Source of the DNA: Ginglymostoma cirratum
Lineage: Eukaryota
Direction: 5' to 3'
NCBI GenBank assembly: GCA_024137785.1
Contig: JAHRHZ010000267.1
Span: forward strand, 19,055,664 to 19,119,663
DNA length: 64,000 nt
Under the pieces are notes generated by a model. It had not been told where the DNA came from. It made no database searches and saw only the letters and a list, made by a program, of their open reading frames with translations. Shown here one piece after another: positions 10,840-22,759 of the stretch; the stretch's first letter is position 1; each line of letters opens with the position of its first letter. A program made the translations under genes and the position numbers.

Positions 10840-11816
10840 TGTTATAAAGTGGATGTTAACCCATGCTCTGAGAACTAAAAACAAAACACCAAAAGAGGAG
10901 CATCTCACCCTATAATCTATAAAAGGAATGTGAAAAGTGGTGAAACCTGCCTTTCAGCAACTTCTAGTGGTGAAATAAAATAGATCCCAGTCACTCACTT
11001 TAAAATCAACAAGTAACAATTTATTATCTAACTTTAACAGTGAACTAATTAACCAAATTATTAACAAACCAAATAAACCCCTTCTAACTATTATCTATTC
11101 CCGAATAAAACAAGATTCTAATGGTATGCTGTTCCAATAAATAAAAGTCCCACATATATAAAATGAAGAAAGGAATCTAGTCTCTCGAAATTACAGTCAG
11201 TTTTGGTGTCTCCTGGAATGCTCTGTGCTTTCTCCATCGATTCTGCTGTCAGGATTATCATCTCCGTCAATTTTCTGTCAGGAATATTAACTAGCTATGC
11301 CTTGGGTACCATTACTATTTAGATGATGCTTTGTCTATGACACAGAGGAGCAATTCTCTTTTGAGAGCCGAGAGCTGTTAGCTCTGGCGGATAACAGTTA
11401 GGACTGTGGCTTTGTCCAATAGCTCCCTTTCTTTTATACCCTTGAGACCATATCAATATTTCTTACAATATGATTGCTCCTATGTTGTCAAAGCCATCAT
11501 ATTTAAGTTTGATAGGCTTTTGGTGTCTAAGAGCATGATTCAAATTGATTGGCTAAATTTGGAAATGTATTGTCTTGGTAAAAACTACTGGCTTGGCCTG
11601 CTAACTGTATAGCCTTTCGATATCAATATTTAAATTCAGGTGCTGTCTGTATACTTGCAAATTTTAAGCTGCTGCTCACAGACATCCATTTTAAATCCCT
11701 AAGCATAGAAACAGCACATCATCTTTTAAAGGGTCCATGAAACGTCTTCCCCCCTAGCATTTTACATATAACTTCCTGCCTCCCAAGCCACAAGCACTCT
11801 ATGCAACTTTGCAACA
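10840..11816 (-). repeat. 5' LTR of the Gmr1-like element
   Basis: Runs tgttataaagtgg...ttgcaaca with TGTT/AACA inverted termini; homologous to 5548-6535. Confidence 0.9.
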
Positions 11817-13716
11817 AATACTTAAACAAATTACCTTTTCCCAAACTGGGCTGACTGCCTGAAAGATGCATATGCTACCCTCTCTAGCAAACCTGATTGG
11901 GCTGCTTGATCCAATTCATTGAGCTCTGTGGGCGGAGCACTCAGGGTCTTCTTGGTACAAAAGTGGGTCTCACATGGAATTGTCTTTGCTGGCTGCATTG
12001 CTGCCAGGTGTCCCCTCTCATTCACCCATTCTGGAATGTTTTCTGACTTCAGCTAATGGGGTCACAGGGAAAATGTCACCGTGCAGAGGTTAGGCCAGGT
12101 CATCCTAGGTTGACCTATGCCCTTTCCAATATATGATTACTCCATAATGTGAGAGGGTCTGGCCAAAACTGCACAATGCAGAAACATAATGTCTCTCCCC
12201 GTGGTTCTGACTGGGCCATAATGACTCTCCCATTGTTAATGTTAAAATTCTTCTGTTCAATATGCAATACAGATACAGGATTGTCCTTGTTTGCTTTTGA
12301 CCTGTGGTAACCTTAATCTATTTGCATTCCAACAGGCCTTCTTGCAGAAACTGTTTGGCCAACTTTATGTTGGCCCTAGTTGCCTAAGCCATTGACCACA
12401 CCCTACAATATGACACTTCCAAAGTATTTTCTCTAAAATCAGATTAAAATAATTCACAGTTGTTGGTAGGATTTTGGCATCTCAAAGACATAAATAACCT
12501 TTTATAATATAAACCATGTAAAACTGAAATAGTTTGGCTTTACATACTAACGTTGACAATTTGTTAGCATAACTTGACCATCAAAAAACAATTCAAGTGC
12601 TTTGAAAATAACATGGATGGATATTGTTATCTTCTTACCAGATTCCTTATGCCACTTCTCAAACTTTAGGAAGAATCTAATGTTTGCTGCCGAGTCCCCA
12701 GCATGTCCTGGAAAATCAGTGGGAAACCCCATGCAATTGCTGTATGCTGGTCAGGTATTTAAATAGTTAGCACTTGACCTTCCTTCAGATTTAGGACAAC
12801 AGCAGGATGGTAGTCCTGCCACCAAAAGTTGTTGATTGGAGTTGAGCAGCAGTGACGGCTGCCTTTAATGGTGCAAGGTCTGCCACAGGGATCACTGCTA
12901 GGTGCCTGGACTCAGGTTAGTGAGGGCAGACTGGGTCTCATGAAGAGGTGGTCCCTGAGAAATCAAAGGACTGTGAAGAGGAGTGGATTTCAGCTGCTGT
13001 GCTCACGCTCCTGATGTCAGGTCCCTTGAGCAAGCACATATTGCCTGTCAAAGAGGAATCACAAAATTTAGACTGCTGGCAAATCCAACAGGGCTTGGGT
13101 GACCTTCAGGAGGTGTGGATAAGCTACCCAACTTCCATTTACTTTCTTGATCCACCATTAAATTCTGATGAACTCAGGGATAATTGGTTGACATCCTGTT
13201 ATGAGCAGACATGTTTTGTGAATGGGAACTTACCAGCTCTGAATTCATTGTGGAAATGGCCTCTCCCACTGTTAGGTGAGCCCAGTTGACATGTTTCCTA
13301 TCGAATTGATGAACATTAAACTCCATGCATTGACTTCCATGAAGCATGCAATGACTTCTTCCTGGTGTATGTTTCATGCTGTATTAGTTACTGGCCAACA
13401 TCATCAACTGATGTTAGTTATTTGTTAAACTTTTGAGATAGCTCAGAAATGGGTTAACATATATTTGGTGGCATAGCATAAACTTAATTTTATCCTGACC
13501 TGTGTAGTAGCAATTACGCCTGTAAATCTTGGCTGAGTTTCTCTTCCCTAACTCAGAACTGCATTGTTCACTTTTTTGGGAGGATTGTGGACCAAAAAGG
13601 AAATGATGCTGCTTTAAACCAAGGAAACCAGAAAAGAAGAAGTTTTCAGTTTTAAAAACAAGTTACTGTTGCCTCATTTGAACGTTGAGGGAAAATCCTA
13701 AACAAATTGACACTAT

Positions 13717-13719
<3 letters not shown>

Positions 13720-13750
<31 letters not shown>
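13720..13750. repeat. (TG)15 microsatellite
   Basis: Read directly from the sequence. Confidence 0.97.
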
Positions 13751-13751
<1 letters not shown>

Positions 13752-14869
13752 CAGGACAATTCTGCCCAGCCTTTTGACTGACTTTTTAATCAACAACAAT
13801 TGTTAACAGTTCAGGAGACCTCAGGTAATGAGCATTGGGTTGGTTCCTGTATGGGTGGTTACAGCCTTGGGTATAGTCAACTTGGCAGAAACATCCATAA
13901 CTTGAAGAGAAAGCATCTTCCTTATCTCTCTCCCCACCTTCTGTGTGAAAAAGTAAAATAAAATCCCTGGTGGCTATCGATTCTTCCTCACCTTTCTTTC
14001 TGAGCTGTTCTTTCTGCACATCTCCTTTTAAAAGAAAATGAGGAAGATATCACCTTCAGAGGTGAGAGGAAAGTGCAAATTCTCAACCAGTGAATGAAAG
14101 TCTGAGAATCTGCATATCCACAACCTCGCACCATCGTTAAAGAATTGGAAGGAACTAAATAGGAATCAAAAGGAGCTGAAAGAAAACATCACATCAGTAT
14201 TTGTGATATGCACTGGCGCCAGGATTGTGCTTCTCCAGTTTTTTGCTTCCTCACAATTCATAATTTTTTGACTTACTGCTATGCATCCGTTTTGATGTGC
14301 ACAGGAAATTTAAGAAACAGGTAAAGGTTAAGTTATAGAATTATGGATGAGCAATTCAACCTTTTTTTTTGCTTTAGTGTAAAAACTGGTTGATTACTTT
14401 AAGCAGGTATTTTCTTGTTCATGGTGTATGTATTCTCATAGCCTGAGTTAGACAGTTAGGTAGGGTTGGGCAATTTGATGGTTTGATCAAATTTTCATAT
14501 TTGTAATGACTCCAGGAATATAGAGGCTGGAATTCCAATGCACAACTTAATGATTTGTGACAGAACAGTAGGACTAACTATAGTGCCCACTATTTCATTT
14601 GGGATCAACTAACTTAGCATAGACTGAGCGTTGAAGCTGAGATCCTCCTGGGTTGCAAGGTGTGATTCCTCACTGGAAAACCTCCAGAGGTTGTTCATGC
14701 ACATCATTGGGTCTATTTAAAACAGAGTTAATTACTCAGGGCCCCAGATGTGGCAGGAAAATGTAGTTGAGACAGAAGGAAGATCAAATCCTGATTACCC
14801 ACAATGAAAGAGCAGTCTTGAAGGGTTGTACAGTTTCTGTTGCTATTTCTTATGTTCTCAAAAGCGTAC

Positions 14870-15165
14870 TGATTATGTGCCTTAATATATTGGAGACACT
14901 GCAGAAGTGACTTAAATGAATGGTTCTAGAATGAGAAGTTGCAGTTATGAACAGAGATTGAAGCACTTCGACCTATTTTCCTTGGACAGAAGGCGGTCGA
15001 GAGGAGAATTGACAATGATTTTCAAAATCATGAGCAGACTGGACAGAGTAGATAGGGAGAAACTGTTCCTGCTTATAAAAGGTAAAAAAAAGCAAGGGGT
15101 CACAGATTTAAAGTGGTGTACAAAAAAGACAAGGGTGATGTGAGAACAAAAGTATTTTTATCCAG
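14870..15165 (+). mobile_element. CR1 LINE ORF2 C-terminal fragment
   Basis: Translates as SYEQRLKHFDLFSLDRRRSRGELTMIFKIMSRLDRVDREKLF. Confidence 0.85.
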
Positions 15166-15685
15166 CAGGACATCAGGCTTTCATCTTCAACTTGCAAGCT
15201 GGTCAGGGATCTTTCTGTGTCCCCATTTACCCAAGAAGAAGAATTCCAGCATCTATTTTTGGCTTTATCTGCAAAAAAAGGAATGTGCAGAGATACAGGG
15301 AGAAGTCAGGAGAATGGTTTGAGGTGAAATAGACGTTTGCAGTGCTAGTGCTGACATGGTAAGTAAGTGGCCCTCTTCTGCATTGCAACAGTTCTGTGAT
15401 TTTGTGTAGGCTCTAAGGAGGAAATAGCAAATTGCAGATGTCAGAATACAGAGATGGGAAGACAACCACACAATCAAGAGGGAGTTGTGGCTCGATAGTG
15501 ATGGAACTTGATGAAAGTGTTAAGGCATCAGAGGGGCTTTATTCAATGCCCTTAAATTAGGAAACTGTTGGGCTCTATGATGTTACCTCAAAGTTGTTTC
15601 TCCTCTCATTGTTCACTTTTACCTTACCAGGTTGGACAGTGTAATTGTGATCTGTGACCATGGTAGTGGAGTCCTTTATTGGTTG

Positions 15686-15982
15686 TCATAGAATCTCTAC
15701 AGTGCATAAAGAGGCCATTCAGCCCAACAAATCTGAACCAACAGTCCAAAGAGCATTCCACCCAGACCTAGCCCCCAACTTTACCCCTGAAACCCTGCAT
15801 TTAGCATAGGAAATCTACCTAGCCTGCACATCTTTGGATTTTGGAAGGGAACAGGAGCTACCCAGAGGAAACTCACACGGACAAGGGGAGAACATAAAAA
15901 CTCCAGGGAGATTGTCTCCTGAGGTTAAGATCAAACCCAGGCCCCTGGCGTTGTGAGGCAGCTGTGCTAACCACTGAGCCAC
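15686..15982 (-). mobile_element. HE1-type V-SINE
   Basis: Minus-strand tRNA-like head ggctcagtggttagcacagctgcctcaca, V-domain (ccaaagatgtgcaggctaggtagatt) and CR1-type tail. Confidence 0.85.
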
Positions 15983-16019
15983 TCATCATTCAGAGGAGAT
16001 TATTGGAGGAATGTGATCT

Positions 16020-16725
16020 TATTGTAGAGGGTACAGAGGAGATTTACTACAATGTTGCCTGGGTTGGAGGGTTTTGCTCACAAAGAGAGATTGGATAGAC
16101 TGAAGTTGTTTCCTCGGAGCAGAGGAGACTGAGGGAGGGCATGATTGTGATGTATCAAGTTATAAGGGGCATGAATAGGGTAGACTGGAAGGACCTTTAC
16201 CCCTTGGTGGAGGGATCAATGATTAGGGGCATAGATGTAAGGTAAAAGGCAGGAGGTTGAGAGGGGAAGTGAGGAAATTATTTCCACCCAGATAGTGGTG
16301 AGAATCTGCCTGTAAAGGTGATGTAGTCAGAAACCCTCATAACATTGAAGGCGTACTTAGATGTGCACTTGTGATGCCAAAGCATACAAGCCTATGGGCC
16401 AAGTACTAGAAAATGGGATTAGAATAGTTAGGCACTTGCTTTGGCCTGACACAGACTCAATGGTCTAAAAGACTTTTCTCTACGCTGTCAACCTGTATGA
16501 CTGTATGACATGTGAGTAGTTAGGGTGTGGAATGCACTGCCTGGCAATGTGGCGCAGGCAGGTTCAATTGTGGCATTCAAAAGCACATTCGATGATTATT
16601 TGGATAGAAATGGTGTGCAGGGTTACGGGGAAAAGACATGAGACTAGCACTAGGTGATAGAACTGATGCAGACACAATGGACCGATTAGTCTCTTTCTGC
16701 ATTGCAGCAATTCTAGGATTCCATG
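16020..16725 (+). mobile_element. Two adjacent CR1 LINE 3' fragments
   Basis: gagggtacagaggagatttactacaatgttgcc...ctgtatgactgtatgac, followed by a second tail from ~16510. Confidence 0.8.
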
Positions 16726-17129
16726 ATACGTACACTAACAAGGTCAAAATTTGCATTTATTTTTTAAATGCAAAGGAATTTCTTGAATTTTTTTTCAACT
16801 AATTTTATTTTCATTTGAGACAGACATGATGGAAGCTGATACTAGTAAGTCACAGACTAATAAAGTTTACCAACAACTTCACTAAAACAGGTCTCCTTGG
16901 GTCACATACTAATGAGTTCACACCAACGTGGAATCCAATTACAAAATGTGTTTTCTTCAACTTATTACCACATGATGCCAAAGGATGAGCTGAAGGGGAG
17001 TTCTCCATCTGGCTTCACAAGAGAAATTGAAACTCTTTGCTTTTTAATTCATGAAATATGCAAGGTGGGCAAAAAAGAAAATAAAATGGGGGAAGATGCT
17101 TTTATGGATTAAATGAAGCACCCTGGATT

Positions 17130-17283
17130 CGAGATAAAAGGTACTGCAGATGCTGGAGAATCCGAGATAACAAGGTGTGGGGCTGGATGAACACAGCAGG
17201 CCAAGCAGCATCATAGGAGCAGGAAAGCTGATGAAGGGTCTAGGCCTGAAACGTCAAGCTTTCCTGCTCCTATGATGTTCGTT
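17130..17283. mobile_element. Fold-back PLE mini-element with a hammerhead core and 11-bp TSD
   Basis: TSD caccctggatt at 17119-17129 and 17284-17294. Inverted arms 17209-17229 and 17257-17277 surround CTGATGAAGGGTCTAGGCCTGAAACGTC. Confidence 0.85.
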
Positions 17284-17549
17284 CACCCTGGATTAGAAAT
17301 TAGTTTAATTCAAACCATCCAAAAGCAATTGACCTTAAAATCAGAACTCCATCTTGCTGTAAGCACTTTCTTGTATATAATCAAAAACAAAAAACGGGGA
17401 CAGAAGCAGTATTGTGAAATTGTAAATAAATATGGTCTGTTTATTGTAAAAAAAACAGAAAATATGGGAACAATAAGCAGGTCTTCCCAGTTCTAAAGAA
17501 AGAAGACTGTTTATTGTTCTCGAGGTCCTTTTGTATTGACATAATGTAA

Positions 17550-20500
17550 GGTAGAATTTTTTGGGGGACTGACCCAGAATTCTCTGTAGTCTTTTTTTCT
17601 GGTTGTGTGATCTTCCAAGATCTGTGCACAGCAGCGGCTTTTGGAAATGGTAGTCAATGCCGTGGTCAGAGTGCTCTTCACTGATTACCCTGTGCAGAAT
17701 CAAAGGGGGTGCACAGTACGAGAACGCTGGTGAGGCCTATCTCAATGTCAGGAGCATCTCACTTCATCTGTTCTACTTTTGACAAGTGGTAAGGTGAACT
17801 TCTCATTCGGCAGCGGTGAGTTGCCAATTACGGGGGTTATTACTTGTTAAATGCTTGTTCACAGCCTACTTTGCCCCAATAGTATTTAGTATTCCATCTT
17901 ATTAAATGTGTCAAACAAGCTAGACTTTGAGAAGACTCAATATGGAAATCAGAGCAGATACCTGGTGACTTTAGCTTGTCACTTGCTCAGAGGAGCTTAG
18001 GACCAAACCCAATCTCGAGGCATGATCCATGGGAACCAGCCACATGCACCCCTCGTCCAAGGACTTTGGCTTCCAGCATTTGCCAACCCCTGGTAAACTG
18101 GCAGGTGGTGCTGGAAATATTGACTTGCTCCAGCAACTATCATTGAAAGGCTGCAGCAGGATCACTTTAAAAGCATGGACAGACACCAAGCTCATTCTTT
18201 GGACCATGCTGCATCTCAGGGCTCATCACTTGCTCTCTTAACACTCACTCGGTTAGCGTCTACCTATATGCTCAGAGCATCAATGCCTTGCATTGCAATG
18301 TTGTGCCATGCCTTTTAACATGTTAGAGGTTCAGCCAGAGTCAAAAGCTCTCACTGCTGCCGTATTAACAAGTACTTTGGCTCAGACACACATCGACAGG
18401 CTGCTTGTCATGTGTGTCAGCAGGGATTCGTCAGGCGGAGTGATGGAGGATGTGGGTACATCCTGCTGGTGTATAGTGCACCAAAACATCAACCTAACAC
18501 TTACAGCATGTGCCAGCTGTCTGCACATCAAACAAACTGCACATTTTTTTAACCAATGGCCATGTCAGAAACGGTGAAGGTTAGTCTTCCATCCAGCCAA
18601 GCAGGGGCTTATTAGTGAAGGGGGGAAGGTCCTGATGCTGTCAATCATACACACAGTTCACCCACAGACCAGGGGCTTGGCCACTGTCAGTCGTCTGCTT
18701 GGGCTGCTGATGGTCAGTTGATCTGTACAGTCTGGGAAGCTATCAGTAGTCAATCCTGTAGGATTGTCATGTTCAGTCAGAGGAATTGTGTACCATCAGT
18801 CAGGGAGCCGCAACACTTTAATGTATTGTTCTCATTAAGTCAGCCAGTGTGGTGCCTTCACCAAGTTGGTACACATACTGAGGCCGTAGCTAACTAGATG
18901 ATGGAGACATGGCCCTCATTATCGGGATAAGGAGGAGTGTGTGCAGCCCTTATTTGCAGGGTCTAACACCGATTCCATTTCTAAGACCTAAGAACTTCTT
19001 TTCCTTCCTTGTGATCGCAATGTAGGTGATTTCCGCTGACAGTGTTACGTCCTGCCATTGGTCGTCAATGTGTACCTGCCTTCCTGACGAGACGAAGGCA
19101 GATACAGGGTGATCAGGGCTGACTACAGGCTCACGAACCGCAGCAGGAAGCCTCTGCAGAGGATGAATAGCATCCTCCTCAGGCAGAGATCATTGCCACA
19201 GATGGTGGATTCCGCCAAGATGTTTGGCCCAGTTTCCATAACCTGGGACGGTGTGAAGTGTAGTGCCGACACATGCTCCATATGTCCTGGGACACTAGGA
19301 AGGAGCTGTTTGGGAGTGGGACATGAGGGCTGCAGAAGTGGCAGCTCATCACCTTCTGATGGCTGTGAAGATGACAGCTGCTTTCAACTTCCACATGACT
19401 TGTTCCTTCCAGGGGATGATCTGGAGCGAAAAGCAAAACAAAAATGCAGCACAGGAACAGGCCCTTCGGCCCACCAAGCCTGTCTAATCTAATGACAGTT
19501 TTCTAATCTAAAGAGCTTTAGCCTCCATGCGGTCCATATTCCTCTGTTCCCTGCTCATTTATGAATCTGTCCAGACGCCTCTTAAATGTTGCTATTGTAT
19601 CCGCCTCCATGGCCTCCTCTCAGCTCATGCCAGGCACTTACCCCACTCTGTGTCAACAACATGCCTCTCACATCTCCTTTACACTTTCCCCCTTTTACCT
19701 TAAACCTATGTTCCCTAGTAATTGACAGTTCTGTGCTGGGAAATAGACTCCAACTATCTATTCTCTCCACACTTCTCATAATTCTGTAAACTTCTAACAA
19801 GTCACCCCTCAACCTCCAGTCTTCAAGTGAAAGCAAATCAAGTTTGTCCAATGTCTTCTCGCAGCTAAAACCCTCCCAACCAGGCAACATCCTGGTAAAC
19901 CTTTTCTGCAACCTTTCCAAAGCCTCCACATCCTTCTGGTAGTGTGGTGTCTAGAACTGTACATGATATTCCAAATGTGGCCAAACTAATGTTCTGTACA
20001 GCTGCAACGTGACCTGCCAATTTTAATGCTCTATGCCCTGACCAATGAAGGTAAGCATGCCATATTCCTTCTTGAATGCCTTAATCACTTGGTTTGTCAC
20101 TGTCAGGGAACTGTGGACCTGTACACTAAGATCCCTTTGTATGTTAAAGCTTCTAAGGGTTCTGCCATTGACTACTTGCCTCCTGCATTAAACCTTCCAA
20201 AATACGTCATCTCACATTTGTTCAGATTAAATTCCGTCTGCCATTTCTCCGCCCAAATTTCCAGACTATCAATATCCGGTCACATTCTCTGACAATTCTC
20301 CTTGCTACCCGCAGCTGTCCCAATCTGACTACCTACACTCTTCTCCAAATCATTTAAAAATATATTACAAACATTACGGGTCCCAGCACTAATTCCTGTG
20401 GAACACCACTGGTCAAAGATCTCCAGTCAGAAACATACCCTTCCATTGCTACCGTCTGTTTTCTATGACCAAGCCAGTTCTTTATCCATCTTACCGGCTC

Positions 20501-21531
20501 ACCATGGATCCCATGTGACTTCACCTCCTGGAGGTGTGTGCATGGCAATTGCCATGGAGTACTGTCATGGAGTACTCGCATGTACTGACTGCAATTGATA
20601 TCCCAGGTGCCTTACAAGGGTGGTTGGAGGGTAAGGGGGCAAGAGCTATACCCTGCAATCATAGCTCATGGCACCAATGCACAATATCTGACTACACGGT
20701 GCAGTTTTAATGCTGCCCATACTTTTACCAGGGCTGTGGTGGTTCATAGTATAAGGTTCTTGAAGTTGTGATTCCACTGCTTGGAATAGCCTGGGGGCTC
20801 CTCCTGTATAGTCTGGACAGAATGTGCTGCATCACCCTGTCATGCTGAGCTCTACACAATCGTAGCAGATAATGAGGTGATTTGCTTGGTGCTGAGGAAA
20901 ACAGAAATGGGACCAGTCTTCCAAGGATAAAGGTGAGGGAACTGGGGAAAAAGGAAGTTACTCCCTAATGTCCTCATCTTCCTCCTCGAAAAGCTGGCGC
21001 TACAAGCCTGACAAACCCTCACTGACACCCACTTTCAATAGGTAGGAGCTGGGTGTAGCAGGCAATCATGGATCGTTAAATATTCATTGGTCACAGTATC
21101 GAAATCTGGTTTGCACAGTGGGTATGAACTTCAGCCTCAACTGTTTTTGCTGTCTGAAAATAGAATTTCATGTTTAAATTGTCTGAGCACTTGCCTGTGT
21201 ATGATGTTCCCGTGTTGGTCTACAGAGGGCTTTGCGAACAACTGAGTTGCCAATGCTTATTCGGGTACACAGCAACCTTTCAAAGATACCGCAAATGCGA
21301 TATTCCAAGTCTCTTGGCAGATAAATGCTGAGTGGTTGAGTTGTTCTGAGAAAGCCCCATGTTAATGCGGCGCCAGAATCAGACTTAAGGGATGCCGTTG
21401 GAGTCAGGCAGATTATTACTCCAGTGAGTTTGGTAAATTAAAACAAGAGAAACTGCTAGGCTGCCTGGCAGAAATCCCTCCAGAAAACCCAACGCTACTC
21501 AGAGTTAGCAAAAAAAAACAAGATTCAGCCC
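17550..21531 (+). mobile_element. PIF/Harbinger DNA transposon relic; transposase at ~19250-19430 and 20530-20870, split by a CR1
   Basis: Reads EVQCRHMLHMS...LLMAVKMTAAFNFHMTCSFQG before the CR1, and G.SYTLQS*LMAP..FNAAHTFTRAVV..LKL*FHCLE*PGGS..ALHN after it (HARBI1-like). The ends are inferred from weak ggtagaatt/agattcagccc termini. Confidence 0.65.
19430..20527 (-). mobile_element. CR1 LINE 3' part
   Basis: ORFs contain MEALERLQKRFTRMLPG...RLRGDLLEVYRIMR and HGIHGEPVRWIKNWL...SGVPQELVLGP. Confidence 0.9.
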
Positions 21532-21994
21532 ATTAACTCCCATCTAAAAATTAGTTAGTTCCAGAATAGTGACTCACATAGACAATCACGTAAGAGAATA
21601 TTTAGAATATATAAGTCATATGAAACAAACACAAACATGTACAAACATGATTCATATACCAAGCAAGAAAAATCACAGCTAGCAGTTTATATCCATTCCT
21701 ACTGCAGTTGTTCACATATTTCTGAACTGCATCTGTTACCCTGCCACTACTTATGTGTTCTGGAGCTGGTTACTTGGGTACAAGGGCTACCTGCTGTCAC
21801 CATTGCTCATGACACCATTGCACAACCCCTGAATAACATGGAGGACAGGTTAAAAGCAGGCCATGCTTTGGTCAGAACCAGAAGAGTGGGGTTAGGGGGT
21901 TGAAGGGAAGGTGGAGCTGAGTATAGGGATCTGTAGGGAAGATGTAATTGTGTTGCTTGGACTGGTCTTGGGGGAGCCCTCAAGTTTCGCCCAA

Positions 21995-22165
21995 CAGAGT
22001 GTGCTGCCTCATCCTAGTGCACTCTCTTCTGCCTGAGAGTCAGCAAGGGGAGAGGTTGAGAAGGACAGTTCTTCATGGTAATCTCAGCTGGTACAAGAAT
22101 TGAACTCATATTCTTGGTATCACTCTGCATTGAAAACCAGCCAGCCAACTAAGCTAACCTACCCC
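21995..22165 (-). mobile_element. Short tRNA-derived SINE
   Basis: Minus-strand ggttagcttagttggc (A-box-like) and gagttcaattc (B-box-like). Confidence 0.55.
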
Positions 22166-22341
22166 ACTCACAAAAAACAGCTTCTGTTTCTGCTGTATTT
22201 AAAAATTTGCTCAGAAAGGTAAAAGATCACACAGAACCAGCCTGATTGAAGGACAGTCATATTTGGGGACTGGAACTATGACAGATTTCAGGGCAAAGAT
22301 TCTCGCAGGCAGACACTTTAACTGGCTGATGTAGCTGGCAA

Positions 22342-22673
22342 GGGAGGCAATGGCCTAGTGGTATTATCGCTGGACTGTTCATCCAGAAACCCAGGTAATG
22401 TTCTGGGGATCCAGGTTTGAATCCTGCCACAACAGATAATAGAATCTGAATTCAATTTTTAAAAATTCTGGAATTAAAAGTCTAATGATGACCATGAGTC
22501 GATTGTTGGAAAAAAAACATCTGGTTCAATGATATCCTTCAGGGAAGGAAACTGCCATCCTTACTTGGTCTGATATACATGTAATTCCAGACCCATGTGG
22601 TTGACTCTTAGCTGCTCTCTGGGCAATTAGGATCAGGCAATAAATGATGCCCTCATCCCATGGATGAATAAAA
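22342..22673 (+). mobile_element. tRNA-derived SINE sharing its ggcaataaatg tail with a local LINE family
   Basis: A box tggcctagtgg, B box ggtttgaatcc, core catctggttca..tccttcagggaagg. Other copies at 58050-58358 and 25180-25375. Confidence 0.85.
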
Positions 22674-22759
22674 GTGGATAGGTCAGACATTTCATTGTGA
22701 AACTGTTCAAGAACTTTGAAAATGTTTTACTCTCATGTGTCTAGCTTACAGGTGTAGTT

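Larger units (their letters stand above)
5548..11816 (-). mobile_element. Gmr1-like Gypsy LTR retrotransposon, degenerate, near full length
   Basis: Two homologous ~1 kb LTRs, a PBS and a PPT. Minus-strand order is gag, integrase, RT, RNase H. The flanks aatt/aata are a possible 4-bp TSD with one mismatch. Confidence 0.92.

Noticed and set aside
11835-12030. Possible minus-strand exon (cag...AG/gtaa, open frame), perhaps splicing to ~5108
   Set aside because: Poor polypyrimidine tract, no recognisable protein and no consistent exon chain; it would need RNA-seq support.
13500-14561. Possible solo LTR ending in gtgaca
   Set aside because: The 5' boundary and TSD could not be identified and there is no second copy in the window.
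22342-22430. tRNA-like A/B boxes as a tRNA gene
   Set aside because: It is a SINE head continuous with a SINE body and tail; no convincing cloverleaf.
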